From positions 224,564,001-224,628,000 of the forward strand of contig OZ360220.1 in the NCBI GenBank assembly GCA_977017645.1: a stretch of 64,000 nucleotides of DNA. Reading direction: 5' to 3'. The notes beneath the pieces were generated by a model, which saw only the letters and a list, made by a program, of their open reading frames with translations, was not told where the DNA came from and searched no databases. Position numbers and translations under genes: made by a program. This DNA comes from Torpedo marmorata. Its lineage: Eukaryota. Below, one piece after another: positions 12,658 through 26,316 of the stretch; position 1 is the first letter of the stretch; every line of letters begins with the position of its first letter.

Positions 12658-15600
12658 CACCCTCATAATGTTCCTAATTGGTGAGCTGGCAAAATTTCAA
12701 CCAGCAATCCCTCAATGGGTCATCTTACAACTAGATTCAAAATTTTTCAAAACTAGCAAGGCAGAGGAAACAAGTAGATTGCTGAACATACATTTAATAC
12801 TCCTGTAATATGGACCACAGAACACTGAAGTCTAAATTCTGGCTTCCAATATCTGGTCTGTTAAACAGATCCCTCATCTCAACAACACATTTGTGATACC
12901 CGAAGGAATGAAGTGTCAGTGCAGGGACAGTACCTTAATGATGGTAACCCAAAATACAAGAACAAGTGATCCAGGTAAGAATTCTCTCCAATGGCTGAAG
13001 TTATACCTTGAACCCTTTTACTGGGGAGCCTTGATACCACTTCCAGGCAGTAACTTCACCACACGTCTGGAATCCATGTCTATGGTCCATGTTTGGACTA
13101 AGGCTGTGATGAAGTGTGGAACTGAATGATCCTGGTGAAACCAAAACTGGCATCTTTATGGAGATTATTGGTGAATGAATAAATAATGATAATGGCCCCA
13201 TCAACCACATGAAATAATTTTAATGATGACTAAGCCTAGCCGAGACAACAGTGAACCAGACAGGATTTGTCATGCTTTTTATGAATTATCATGTAGATGC
13301 CAGTTTTGTAAATGTACTGGAAACCTGGCGAGAGGTGCTGCTGGTTCTGGAGCACAGGTTCCTCCCATCAAGCAGAAGACACACGTGTGAAAACTGTTTG
13401 AAGACAGTTTCTTTCCGGTTGTCATCAGACCCTTGAACAGACGTCTTATATTTAAAAGATGATTTCACAAACCCTACTTCATCACAGCTCTTGCACTGTT
13501 TTAACTGTACTATTCTCTGAATTTTTTTTTATTATTGCACCACCTGTAGTACTTAAATATGGATTGAATTGTCTGGATAGCACATAAAACAATGTTTTCA
13601 CTATCTCAATACAAATGACAATAAACAATTCAAGTACTACAGCTGAGATCCCCACTGATCCCACAGCCTCTGCTATATCTGGAGCTCCCAGGCATTTCTA
13701 GATATCTCATGGAATTAATCAAATTTGTTGTAGACTTGCTTCTGTGATGGTGGGATTTCAAGTGGATGCAGAAAGGGATCATCCATTCTGGCTCCACATA
13801 GTTGTGAAGACTTCACCCTTAACTTTAGCAATCATTTGCTGAGCCCTGTTATCTGTGAGGATGGAGATGTTCTTTGGGTCTCCTCTCCCATTAGCTGACC
13901 AGTTCTGATTAGATCTCCTCATCTTATGATACCAATATCAGTGCCACACTACCTCAAAGCTGAAATATGCCAACTTCACATCAACCTGGAATCAAACCAT
14001 TACACATCTTTGTATGTCCTCATAAATTTCAGCAATCAAATTAAATTGGCCATTTTACCCTTAACTCAGTCAAAGGTTAAAGGCCGACACATAATTGTAG
14101 ATAGTCAGTGGCTGTGGTTAACAGACCCTGGTCTCATTGGGAAATGAACAGATCCCCACCGAAGCTAATTCCAATAATTCTTTTCTTTTACAGAGTATTT
14201 AACTGGGCTTAACATGGCACTCATTTAGTTAACCAATTTATGGGCTCTGGTCTTCCTCCTCTTCCCATTAAACCCTATGCCAGGTACAATCCAAGAACCA
14301 ACTGATGAAAGGAAGGATGAAATAAAGTCTTGTGGACAATTATCTTTTTCTTTCATGGTTTTTTTTCTTGGAATAGAATTTCCTAAGTGGATCTTTACAA
14401 ATGATCAAACACGGATTCTTCAACTTAAAGGTCAAACCTTTGTCTATTCTTTCAAAGTAGTGGAAATCTCGATGTAAGAATGGAGGGATGCCATTGTACT
14501 TGATTTCTATTAGTCTTTGGTTTACTGGAAGCAAAACCAGACATGGTCTTGCAAATTCAAATTTTATTTTGCATAAATATTGAGATGCTGCAAGACTGAT
14601 AAAAATACTATATCAATAGATTTTGTTTATGCCTTCATTACAAATAGCAAATTAATAAGGCTTCACTGAAATTACTAACTCAATGCCAAATGATAAAAAT
14701 TAATTCAATTTTCCTGCAGTGGATTTATGCCCTCTGGGCATTCTCAAACAAATTCCCAAGTTACATTCACCAAGGATTAAAGTCAACCAATGAAGATTTT
14801 TATGCCATTAATTTTAGTTGGTTTGAAATGCAGACTCAAAAGTACTGTAATAAGATTGCACAATTCCATAGTCCCAAGTTTTAGATTTCCTTGTACTTAA
14901 AGTACATTTAACTTTATAAATCACAGCTTCATTAAAACATAAAGAAACAACTTTGAATCCTTTATAATTCAAAGTTGTCTATTATCACATCTAGAAATGG
15001 ACATAAAGAAAAAATATCATCTAAAATTTCCAATTAACAATTAAACCCAAAAGAACAAAACTACTCTTCGAAAGGTTACCTTTTGAGTCGACTGGCAGCA
15101 TTTAAGATCCAGTGCATCATTGAAAATATACTTAAAATTGATTGCGCGAGTTCCTGTGGCAAACTCAGTTTCAGTCTACCATAACAGCACAAGTTTACAC
15201 TATCCAATGAATTTCAATAGCAGGGCTGATATTGAAATGTCATTTAAGCAAAAGTAATGGCAGAACAGCTTATCTCAGTTGGAAATCTTTGGACATTTTA
15301 ATGTAATTGCACAAATGTCCTTCAAATGAAGATATTTTGTCATGTGCAGACAAATAACAATGAGCGAATCGAGACTCAACATGAGCTTAACATTAAATTA
15401 TTCTCCAATAAATACCGTTATTAATGCCCATCATGATAATATGCTGACTATTCCAGCACAAAAATCATTTTACTTCTCATTCACTTCAGGTGAGTTTCCG
15501 TTGCAATTAATTGCAGAGGACAATTCCTTGGCCAAGAATTTACTGTCAGCAGCAAGCCAGCGACCTACATAAAGTTAAGCCTTACCTCATGCATATCCCT

Positions 15601-16180
15601 GGGAAGGAACTAGAAGAGTAACTGACTCCATCACTCATGGGAAAGCTCCATTGATATAAATGCCATGGCCTGGAGTGGTTCAGAACCATTCTCTTCCATA
15701 ATCCAGCTGTTGACTATTGAAAACCAGTGAAGACATGGCCCCTGGCTTGGCTGGATATCAAAACTCCATTTTCCATAGCGTATGGTATTCAGTGAATAAG
15801 GGACTTCAATTAGTTAAGGGCAATGCTATGGGTATATATAGAAAAAAAATACATTCATTTTTTTGTTTCTGCAAGCAGATAAAGGCAAGGCAAATGTGGA
15901 ATCCAAGTCCTGTGTGATAATGGAAACTTCAGCACATCACAGGTGCAGAAAGTGTGATCACCCAGATGGGTTTCAGCTCTGGGCTTTGGAGCTTGAGCAA
16001 CTGTTGACAACCTCATGGATGGAGCACAGTGATAACATTTTAGGGACAATATGTTTCAGGAGGTGGCCACACTGCAAATCAACAGAATTCAGTCGGAAAA
16101 TATCTGGGTGACTGCCAGGCTAACAGAATGAAGACAGTCAGGAGACCCCTGAAGGTCTCCAACCATTATTTGGATCTGAA

Positions 16181-16396
16181 TAAAAGGTTCCATTATTGTC
16201 ACGTAATACTACATTTAGAATGTAACATACATGAAATTCTTTAATTCTACCGTAAGGCAGACAAAGGGTCGCTATTTTGTCCAGCACCCCTCACAGAAAC
16301 CTACAACACCTGGTGTTCCCAGGCGGTCTCCCCTCCAAGTACTGACCAGTCCTGTGCCTGCTTAGCTTCTGAGATCAGACAATCCCAGTCGTATTG
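16181..16396 (-). mobile_element. 5S rRNA-derived SINE (SINE3-like), copy 1
   Basis: Minus strand gtctgatctcagaagctaagcaggc...cagtacttggaggggagaccgcctgggaacaccaggtgttgtagg matches the 5S rRNA box A/box C region, followed by a non-5S tail. Confidence 0.88.
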
Positions 16397-16869
16397 ACTG
16401 GAGAGAGGGTTCCCCTAGAGTCTAGAACCAGAGCCAAGACAATAGCTGTACAAGAAAGGACAACGTTCAAGTGAGCAATCGGTACAAAAAATAGAATAGG
16501 AATAAAAGTTGTAAAAAAAAAAAAAGGGCAAGGTCAATTTTATCAGGCTAAGTTATTTACCGACAGCAGACTGAAAACAGCAACTCAAAGTAAATAAATC
16601 TCAGGGCAATGGAGCAAAATTCAAGGCGTTTATGGCAAACATGTTCCCTCAAAGAAAAAGGGTGGAACTGCCAAATCTAGAGTATCTGGATGATAAGATG
16701 CACAAAGGGCCAGATACCACAAGGTTAATACATACAAATTTGAGAAGAATGTACAAAGTAGAGAAATTAAATTAAAAAGCAATTTAGTCAAGCAAAGAGG
16801 GGGCATGAAAGACCAAGAAGATAATGAAGGATAGGACTGAGATGTCTGTGGGGAGGCAGAGGAAGCTGA

Positions 16870-17390
16870 GAGGGCTATTGAGGAGATGAGATGTGCCCTC
16901 CTCTACACAGGTGAGACCAAACACAGATTGGGTGTCTGCTTTGCTGAGTATTTGCACTCTGTCCTCAGGTGCCAGCCAAGTTAATTCCTCTAGCCATTCC
17001 CACACAGACCTGTGTCCTCATCCATTGCCAATGTTAACATAGAACATATCAGATTCCACCTGTGTGACCTAAAACCCAACAGCATGAACATTGAATTCTC
17101 CGTATTCTCGTAACCCCACCATAATCCTGTTCCACTATTTTCATCTGTCTTTTGCCTATTCCCATTTTGCTATCCCCTACACCTAGTCTGCCAGTGGTCT
17201 CTCCTCTCCACCCTCATGTGTCCAATATCCGAACACCTCGTGGCTCCTCTCCCCCCCTCCCCCGCCTTTATGCTTGCTCTCTTTCCTTCCCACCATAGTC
17301 CCGAGAAAGGGTCTCGACTAGAAACGCTGACTGTCCATTTCTCTCCATTGATGCTGCCTGACCCGAGTTCCTCCAGTATCTTTGTTTGAT
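16870..17390 (+). mobile_element. Degenerate Penelope-like fragment (GIY-YIG C-terminus, pyrimidine tract, tail)
   Basis: ctctacacaggtgagaccaaacacagattgggtg (YTGETKHRLG); tail gatgctgcctgacccgagttcctccag. Confidence 0.65.
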
Positions 17391-17779
17391 TAGCATACAA
17401 GCATAGAACATAACAGCACAGTACAGGCCCTTCAGCCCACAATGCTGTGCCAACCTACATAAACCTACTCCACATCAATCTAACCCTTCCCTCCCTCACT
17501 GCTCTTAGCCCTCCATTTTTCTTATATCCATGGGCATCTAAAAAAATTTGAATGCCCTTATTGTACCAGCAATGCATTCCAGGCACCCACCACTCTGTGT
17601 AAAAACAAAACCTACCTGACATCTCCCCTAAACCTCCCTCACTCACCTGCAGTTTCTGGCGTTTATCAATTTGTTGTAAAGGAGTGGTTCAACAAAAGTG
17701 ATCTGCAAACACAGGCAATGCAGATATGTGCAAAATTCACACAAGAAAGACCCGGATGTCTATTACATACTATTATACA

Positions 17780-19620
17780 GCATAGAAAATCACCCCAACT
17801 CACCCATGCCAACCAAGATGCCCAATCGAAGTTAATCCCATTTGCCTGCATTTGGCCCATATCCATACCTATCTATGTATCTATCCAAATGTCTTTTGAA
17901 CATTGCAATTGTGTCTGTCTCTGTCACTTCCACTGGCTCATTCAATATACCCACCACCCTCACTGTGCTCAATAAGCCCCTCAGATACCACTTAAATCTC
18001 CCCCCCTCATCTCAAACCTTCTACTCCTCTACCCTAAGAAAAAGACTGATCTATCTCATCTATGGTTCTCATAATTCTATAAATCTCCAGAAGTTCACCC
18101 CACAGCCTCCTTCGCCACAGGGAAAATTTATCCCAGCCTATCCAGTCTCTCCTCATAACTCACACCCTCCAGCCTCAGCAACACTATTTTGCATGTTTGC
18201 CAGTTTAATCAGATCTTTCTTTTATCATGGGAACCAGAAATGTACACAATACTCCAAATGTGGTCTCACCAATGTCTTGAACAGCTGTAACATGACAACC
18301 AAACTCTTGTACTCAATGTCCTGACTTATGTGGGCTCACTCTTAAGTTTTAAGAATAAATTGGATAGATACATGGATGGGAGAGGTCCGGAGGGTTATGG
18401 AATGGGTGCAGGTCAGTGGGACTAGCGGACTGATGTTTTGGCACAGACTAGAAGGGCCGAATGGCCTGTTTTCTGTGCTGTAGTTTTCTATGGTTTTAAT
18501 GAAGGCAAATGTACCATATGCCTTCTTCACCACCCTGTCATCTGTGTCGCCACTTTCAGGAAACTATGCACCTGTATCCCAATGTCTCTCTAATACACAA
18601 TAATCCACCAGGCTGTGCTGTTCACTGTATATCCCCTGCCCTGGTTTAACTTCCTAAAATATATCATTTTGCCTTTTTCCAAGTTAAATTCTATCAGCCG
18701 TTCCTTTGTCCACTTTTCCAATTGATTATAGCCGTCTTCACTGTCCACTCTATCACCAATTTTGGTATCATCTGCTAACTAACTAATCATGCCAACTGCA
18801 TTCTCATCCATATTGTTAATATACAGTATATGACAAATTACCCAACATTGATCTCTGTGGAACCCCATTGGTCCCTGGGCTCTAATCTTTAAAACCCTCC
18901 AGTACATCCTCTGACTCCTACCACCAATCCAATTTTGTATGTGTGTGTCTGGCTCACCATGAATCTCACATGATGTGACCTTTTAAACCAGCCTACCATG
19001 CAGCACCTTGTCAAAGGCCTTGTTAAAGTCCACGTAGACAACATCTGCTGCCCTATTTTCATCAATTCTCTTGGTCACCTCTTCAAAAGATTTGTGAGGC
19101 ATGACTTCCCATGCACAAAGCTATGCTGACTATCCCTAATCAATTCTTGACTTTCCAAATGCATTTAGATCATCCCTCAGGAACCCTCTCTCAAAATCCC
19201 CTCCTGTAACATGTCCCATCACTGATTTTAGGCTCAGCAGCCTGTAGTTCCCAGGCCTGTCCTTGCATACCTTCTTAAATAAAGGCACTGCATTAGCCAC
19301 GTTCCAGTTTTCTGGCACCTCACCCATAGCTAATAAGGATAAAAAAATCTCTGCCAGGGCCCAGCAATTTCGTCCCTTATTTTCCACAATGTCCCAGGTT
19401 ACACCCACACAGGCCTGAGGGATTTATCCACCTTTATGCATTGCAGGACTGCCAACCCTTTTTTGTAATGTTGATATGCTTCAGGACACTGCTGCTCTCT
19501 TCCCTGAACTCACTAGCTTCCACGTCCTTCTCCAAGATAAATACAGGAAAGAACTATTCATATAAAACCTCGCCCATCTCCCATGGCTCCACACACTGAT
19601 GACCATACTGATACTCAAGG
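17780..19620 (-). mobile_element. Decayed CR1-type LINE fragment, with an opposite-strand CR1 3' tail at about 18342-18495
   Basis: GEVPENWNVANAVPLFKK..DRPGNYR in ORF 19136..19408; typical CR1 RT nucleotide motifs. Confidence 0.8.
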
Positions 19621-20384
19621 TCCACTGACAATTGAATATTACTGTACATGCCTGTGCAATTCCATGTTTTTAATGTATCATATGGACTTTAGATCCAGAA
19701 GTTTAATAAAATAATAAACTATACGATAGTAGCATTAAGTAATGCTAGTGAATAACGCACAGAAACATTGTATTCCTGACAGAATTTCAAGGCCATTATC
19801 TCTATTCACATGTGAAATTGGAATGGCATTACATACTAATTCGGAAAACCAAAGTTATTATCACAATCTTGACAGAAGATTTGGTATTCCATGCACTTAA
19901 TGATTAACTTGTCTCACTGCCGAGGCATTGTCTGATGGAAACATTTGCCAGTTGCCTCCAAATCCAGCAATTCATAGTAGGCCCAATATTTTTGTTGGGC
20001 TGTTCTCGTGTATACAATTTACCTAAAGATCCACTTTGCAACTGCTGAGCAAATAGACAAATGCAGTGTAGTTCTGTTTTTACTGTAACTTGAAAATAGC
20101 ACAAGATGCAAAAATGTAGCACGGAATGAAACAATTGCTCTAATAGAAACTGGATATAAAATACAGTTCTCTTTTTGAACTGTGCAGAGCAGCTGCACAA
20201 CATTCCACCAGGAGCTTGAGAATAGGAAAAGGAAGACAGGACTTATCTAATGATGATGAAAATTAATGATGGAAAAGTTAAACCATCTATGGCCTGGCCT
20301 TGGACCAGCTGAAGATAATGGGGAAAATAAACACCTTCACCCTCTTCTACAATGTGTAAGCAAAAGCAATGCAGGGAATGAGTG

Positions 20385-21510
20385 AAATTCAGAATCAGAA
20401 TTTATTGTCATGAACAAGTCACAAAATTCGTTGTTTTGCGATAGCATCACAGTACAAACATTTATATAAACCACCTCACAAAGATAATTAAAAATAGTGC
20501 ACAAAAAGTCAAAGTAAGGCAGTGTCTTTGGTTCATTGATCATTCAATGGCAGCGGGGAAGAAGCTGTCCTTGTGCCGCTGAGTGCTCGTCTTCAGGCTC
20601 CTTAACATTTTTGCTGATGGTAGCAGAGTGAAGAGGGCATGGCCTGGGTGGTGGGGGTCCTTGAGGATAGAGGCTACTTTCTTAAGACACCGCCTCTTGT
20701 AGATGTCCTTGGAGTGAAGTGTAGTGCCAGTGATGTCGCAGGCCGAGTTAACAACCCTCTGGAGTTTTTGCGTGTCCTGAACATTGGCACCTCTGTGACG
20801 CAACCAGCCAGAATGCTCTCCACGGTACATCCGTAAAAGTTTTCGAGAGTCTTCGGTGACATACCGAATCTCCTCAAACACCTCACAAAGTATAGCTGCT
20901 GGCGAGCCTTCTTCGTGATTGCATCAACATGGAGGCTCCAGGACAGTTCCTCGGAGATGTTGACACCCAGGAATTTGAAGTTCCTGACCTTCTCCACTAC
21001 TGAACCCTCGAATGTTGAGTGCAAGGTTGTTGGTGTGACGCCACTCAAAGAGCTGATCTATCTCCCTCCTGTACGCTTCCTCATTGCCGTTTGTGATTCT
21101 GCTGACAACCGTGGTGTCATTGGCAAATTTGTAGATAGCATTGGAATTGTGCCTGGCCATACAATCATGGGTGTATAGTGAGTAGAGCAGTGGGTTAAGC
21201 ACGCATCCTTGAGGTGCGCCTGGGTTGATAGTTTGATAGTCAGTGAGGAGGAGATGTTGTTTCCAATTCGTACTGTCTGTGGTCTTCCGATGAGGAAGTC
21301 AAAGATCCAGTTGCAGAGGGGGGTGCAGAGGCCCAGGGTTTGGAGCTTGTTGACCAGCAATGAGGGAATAATGGTGTTGAAGGCTGAGCTGTAGACAATG
21401 AAGAGCAGCCATATGTATGAATTGCTGTTTTCGAGGTAATCCGGAGCTGAGTGGAGAGCCAGTGATATTGCATCTGCTGTGGAGCAATTGTGACGATAGG
21501 CGAATTCAGC
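20385..21510 (-). mobile_element. 5'-truncated Rex1/Babar LINE
   Basis: PLLYSLYTHDC, YKFAND, FKFLGVNISE, KKARQQLYFVR, HPGHALFTLLPS; tail gacaataaattctgattctga. Confidence 0.88.
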
Positions 21511-23179
21511 CGCGGTGAATCATCAAGTTCAATTACACAATAGAACTAGTAAAAATTATTGCAATTTCTCTGCTCTTTCAAGATGATTTTGTGTGTAACA
21601 TAGACAGGGGACTTTTCCCAAGCATTGATGCATCCTGTATTTTATTTTCATTCTGTTACTGCATAGTATATATTTGCTTAAAATACTTCAGTTTCCATTA
21701 CTAAATTAGCCAAGGAGACTAAATGCAGTTTTCCCAACGATTATTTAAAAATTATTTTAATGCTTATCATAGCATTACTTCCTGTCATTATGAACAGTGG
21801 CTTGAAGTCTGCATAATGGCTAATCTGGGCCCTCAAACTGACTCTCTTGCCAAGAAAATTCAAAACGAAAACCTCAAGAGGCAAATGCAAATCATCTTTT
21901 GAAAAGAAAACCCAATCGTGCATCACAAGCAAGATGGCAGGCTCCCTAATGTGAAAATAATGCCTATTATTCAGCTCTGTTTCCTCAGCTGCCAAACCAA
22001 TCCCCATGGGACCAATAATTTCCAGGCTGTAAGAAATAAAGGAAGCATGTCTGAAAAACAGACCTGAGGCCCATGACAACTCATTTATCCTCACTAGCTT
22101 AAACTCAAGCATAATGTGGTTAATGCACGAATAACCGCATCGTGTTGATAAATAACTTGATGTGCTGTGAATTCAAACAATTAGATGGTCATTAAACGCC
22201 AAATAATATTATATAATTCTATGCTGCACCTGGTGTAAATTATGACATTTTAATTCACCTACATACTCATTATGATACATGTTATGCATGTGTGGCTAAC
22301 TGCATCTTAATGAAAGAAACATAATAGGGGAAAGAACAAAGTACATTCAAGCATTAAAAATGTCATTTTTAAAGATGACCTCTATACACATGAGGAGAGT
22401 AATTAGCAGAGTACAAGACAAGCTAAGGATTTTCATTGGCTTATCAAGCCCACATTATAGTTTGAAGAACTGAATTTTGTTAGAATTTAAGAGAGGCAAT
22501 TGTAAAATGTCATGGGCAATTTGTTATGAAGACACAAAAACTATACATCTCAAACAATCGCAAATTAAAGTGTTTCCTACATAAAGAAGAAACCTGTTAA
22601 TTTCCATTACTTTCTAAAATGGTAATTGACTATCCAATTTGGACAGGAAATTATTTATGTCATTCAGAAGCATTGGAATAAAATTGCTTGAAACTGTTTT
22701 CTAGACACAAAATGTGCATTTCAGGTGTGCCAATCAATCAGTACTCAAGTACTAGGCAAGACCCAGACTGGCTCCCATTCCTCACTTGAATGGATAAGCG
22801 GGTTACCAGTATTATCCACAGTGCTGAGTGGCAGCTTGCCCAATTAGTGGAAAGGAGGAACATGGGAAAGAAACAGATGCATTTTAACCACAGGAGCAAA
22901 GAATGGTTACAATAGTCAATAATGGAGATAGCAGGCAATGATACCCCACCAAATGGCCAACACCCTCCCCCTCACCTTCTCTAGCATTTTCGCTTGGACG
23001 TACAGGAGACTGGCAGGGAGTGGGAAAACTGAATCCATCTAGCACACAGACAACCTGACAGAGCTTGAAGTCCAATGAAGTTAAACGGCCTAACCATCAT
23101 CTTCTGTTTCATCAATGCTTTTCCAGCATTGCAGATCAGAAATGGATTTGTTGGCAAGTTTATACAGTATGCAATCTGG

Positions 23180-24040
23180 AACACAAGAAATAGGAGCAGA
23201 AGTAGATCATCCAGCCCTTTGAGCCTGCTCTGTCATTCATCGACATCCTGGCTGGTCTTCTACCTCAGTGTCAATTTCCTGGACAATCCCCATATTCTCA
23301 GATTTCCTTAACATCCAGAAATCTGTTGATCTTTGTTTTGAGTGAACTTAACAACAACCTCTACAGTCCCCTGGAATAGAGAATTCCAAAGATTCTCTAC
23401 TGTCAGAGAATAAATATTTCTCATCTCAGTCCTCAACTGCCTATCCCTTGTATCAAGACTTTGAACCCAAGTTCCAAACTTCCTTGCTGGGGCAAACATT
23501 CCCTACACATCTAATTTGTCAGACCCTGTAAGAATTTTGTATGAGTAACAAGATAGTAATGTAGAGACTACTATCAGCAGTAGGCCATTTGGCCTTTCAG
23601 CCTGCTCGACCATTCAACATGATCATGGCCGATCATCCATTTCAGCACCCTGTTCCAGCCTTCTTCCCACATCCCTTGGTCTTTCAACATGAACAAATGT
23701 AGTAGAGTCACAGAGGCATGGAGCTCTACAGTGCAGAATTAGGACCCTCGGCCCACCACGTCCATGACAACCTTTTTCCCATCTACATTAATCCCATGTG
23801 CCTTCCATGCCTTGCCTACTTAAATGTCTCTTAACAGTAGTGATTGAACACCACTCCACCACCTTCATTAGCAGCAAGTACCAAATATCAACCACACTGC
23901 AAAATAAAAACCTTCTCCTCATTCCTCTTTCAAAACTCCTTTCTCTCACCTTAAATCTTGTTTTTGATAGCCTCACCATGGGAAAAAGGTTCTATTTGCC
24001 CGATCTACACCTCTTTTACTCCAGAGAAAACAAACACAGC
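23180..24040 (-). mobile_element. Cluster of old CR1-type 3' end fragments
   Basis: ENLWNSL and VVDIWYLL-type C-terminal motifs and ggccattcggcc-type CR1 tails. Confidence 0.55.
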
Positions 24041-24044
24041 CTAT

Positions 24045-24640
24045 CTATTGGCATTGTGTGCAGATTTACTGCATCCGGTGCTCCCTTTGTGGCCTTTTCT
24101 ACATTGGAGAGACTGGGCGATCACTTCGCTGAGCACCTTCACTCCGTCCGCAACAGTAACAGAGACCTCCCAGTAGCCAATCATTTCAGTTCTGTGTCAC
24201 ACTCCCACACTCATGTCTGTCCATGGTCTTATGTACTATCCCACCAAAACCACCCACAAATTGGAGGAACAACACCTGATTTTCCGTCTGGGCACTCTCC
24301 AACCAGATGGCATTAACATTGACTTTTCCGGTTTCTGCTAACCTGCTGCCCTCTTACCCCTCCCTCCTTCCCTTCCCCTTTCCAGTTCTCCTCCCTCCCT
24401 TCACCTAGCCATCCCTCCTCCCCTTGATCGCTGCTGTCCCCTCCCTCCCTTCTCCACCTATCACCTCCTGCCTTTGCGACCACACCTCCCCCCCTTACTC
24501 TTTTGCTCGGACGCCTGCCGACATTTTTCCATACCTTGATGAAGGGCTCAAGCCCGAAACGTCAGTTATGTGTTTTTACCTCTGCTATATAAAGGACACT
24601 TTTTGATTTGCTGAGTTTCTCCAGCATTGTGTGTTTTTAC
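24045..24640 (+). mobile_element. Penelope-like element 3' portion (GIY-YIG endonuclease remnant plus tail)
   Basis: RLGDHFAEHLHSVRNSNRDLPVANHFSSVSHSH; KLEEQHLIFRLGTLQPDGIN in another frame; tail with a hammerhead-like core. Confidence 0.85.
24530..24570 (+). ncRNA. Minimal type I hammerhead-ribozyme-like motif of a PLE tail
   Basis: catacc-TTGATGA-a-gggc(tcaa)gccc-GAAA-cgtc-agttatg: core boxes, stem II hairpin, palindromic ACGT stem III; C3 replaced by U. Confidence 0.55.
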
Positions 24641-25485
24641 TATTGGTAAACTCCTCCAATACAGGCAAATCCTCTTGAATTGCTATTGCATTCCATCTAG
24701 CACACAGCATTGTGGAATTTGCATCCCAGAGCCATCCACTGGTATGTCAATATTCTATGCCTGCTATGGGAGATTCAGTCTACATTTAAATATTACAGAA
24801 ATACTCCAGGATAACCTGAGAATATGTGGCTTCCAATCAGCTAGCTTGCACTGAATTAGTTTGTGCCCATAAACACACAGCCAACATCTCTGCAACATGA
24901 CTTACAAAAATCAATCTCTGGTCACAGTGCCACTTCTGGCTTTGCTGGCTGTTTAGCATAGGATCAAGGATCTCCTCAGGCTTTCAAAGCATGGATATGA
25001 AGAGACGTGTCCCAATACTCAGATTTTTATTTTCATAGAATTTTAGGAGAACCTGGAGACAGCTCGATGAGAATACTCCCCTGGAAATCGAAATGGGCAA
25101 TGTACCCACTGCCAATTCCTTTCCTACATCAGATCATCCTCCATCCATCCACCTCTTACTCTCTCTCATCTGCTCACTAAGATGGGGTATACAAAATAAT
25201 TATAATTGCAAGACCCAAGCAATAGTGAAAAGTGTCTTGGATCTTGTGTACTATTCCATGATTGCATTTTGTAGCACAAGCTACATTCACTGTTGCATTT
25301 CACACCAACTTTTAACCCACATTTACAGGTGCCATTCAGTTTCTAGGCAAATGTCCTCTCTGAAGATGAACGCAGGATAAAAGCTGTCTAGCTGCCTCCT
25401 CCACATTGGACATGACCTGATGACCAATATTCTTCACATGTGGCCTCAGGTTAATTTGATATTGACCAATAGAAGGACCAACAGA

Positions 25486-25707
25486 CCGGAGGCTGCGGAA
25501 GCGCTGGAGGCGAATCTATGGACACTCGGTGACTCTGGGGGGGGGGGGGGGGACTCTCTTGCTTCTCTTTCTCTGACTGTAAGGAATGTTAGAGGTGCTT
25601 AGGCAGTTTCTGCCGGTGGCGAACCTGTCTGCCTTGCAGCAGGCAAAAAGAAATTCCATGTAATATGACACTGTTTTATTACTATGACAATAAATTGAAT
25701 CTTGAAG
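25486..25707 (+). mobile_element. 5'-truncated copy of the CpG-rich retroelement
   Basis: Near-identical to about 12441-12655 (ggctgcggaagcgctggaggcgaatctatggacactcgg ... gacaataaattgaatcttgaa). Confidence 0.85.
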
Positions 25708-26262
25708 AACTTACTACTCTTTTTAAAAAAAAACAATATGCAACGTTGCAGTAATGCCATGAGCCAGCAATTTAACCAAATAACACATCTGAAAGATTAG
25801 ATGTATTTATTTTCATATAATTGTTTTAAAATTAACATTGCTGCCTGAGAAAAGAACATCCCAGTGTGTGAGAAGATAACAGTTTTAATGGAGCAAGGAA
25901 TGCAACACTGGTGTCATGACCAGTAGTTACCACACGTTCAAAATTACCACTAAAAACAATCAAACGGTTTTTAAATCACCTTTCCATTTGTGAGAGCTTT
26001 CTGCAGCCAAACAGGTTGTTGAATGTCCCATATTACAACAAAGACTATATTTCCAAAATACTTTGCTGACTGTAATGCACCTTAGGAGATCCTGATGGAC
26101 ATGTGCAAGTAGCTGCATATATAAATGCACTTTTTGCTTTACTACACAATGAAATATTGTCAAATAAATCCAAATCTCAGCAGAAGACACCGAAACAAAT
26201 AGTAAGCAGAACAAAAACAAGTGAAAGATATACTTACCTTTAATGGGCTGCATACCCACAGA

Positions 26263-26316
26263 GCTGCTGAACTTTCCCCTAACCACAACGCTGCTGAACT
26301 TTCCCCTAACCACAAC
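26263..26316. repeat. Perfect 27-bp tandem duplication
   Basis: gctgctgaactttcccctaaccacaac x2. Confidence 0.95.

Noticed and set aside
16297-16396. Functional 5S rRNA gene (also 39741-39843)
   Set aside because: The 5' part of 5S is missing or diverged, there is no T4 terminator, both copies carry the same non-5S tail, and they are dispersed: SINE, not rDNA.
25537-25552. Long G run (and the C run at about 10612-10623) as a G-quadruplex element
   Set aside because: Homopolymer expansions inside repeat copies; the sister copy at about 12487 has a shorter run, and run length may be a sequencing artefact.
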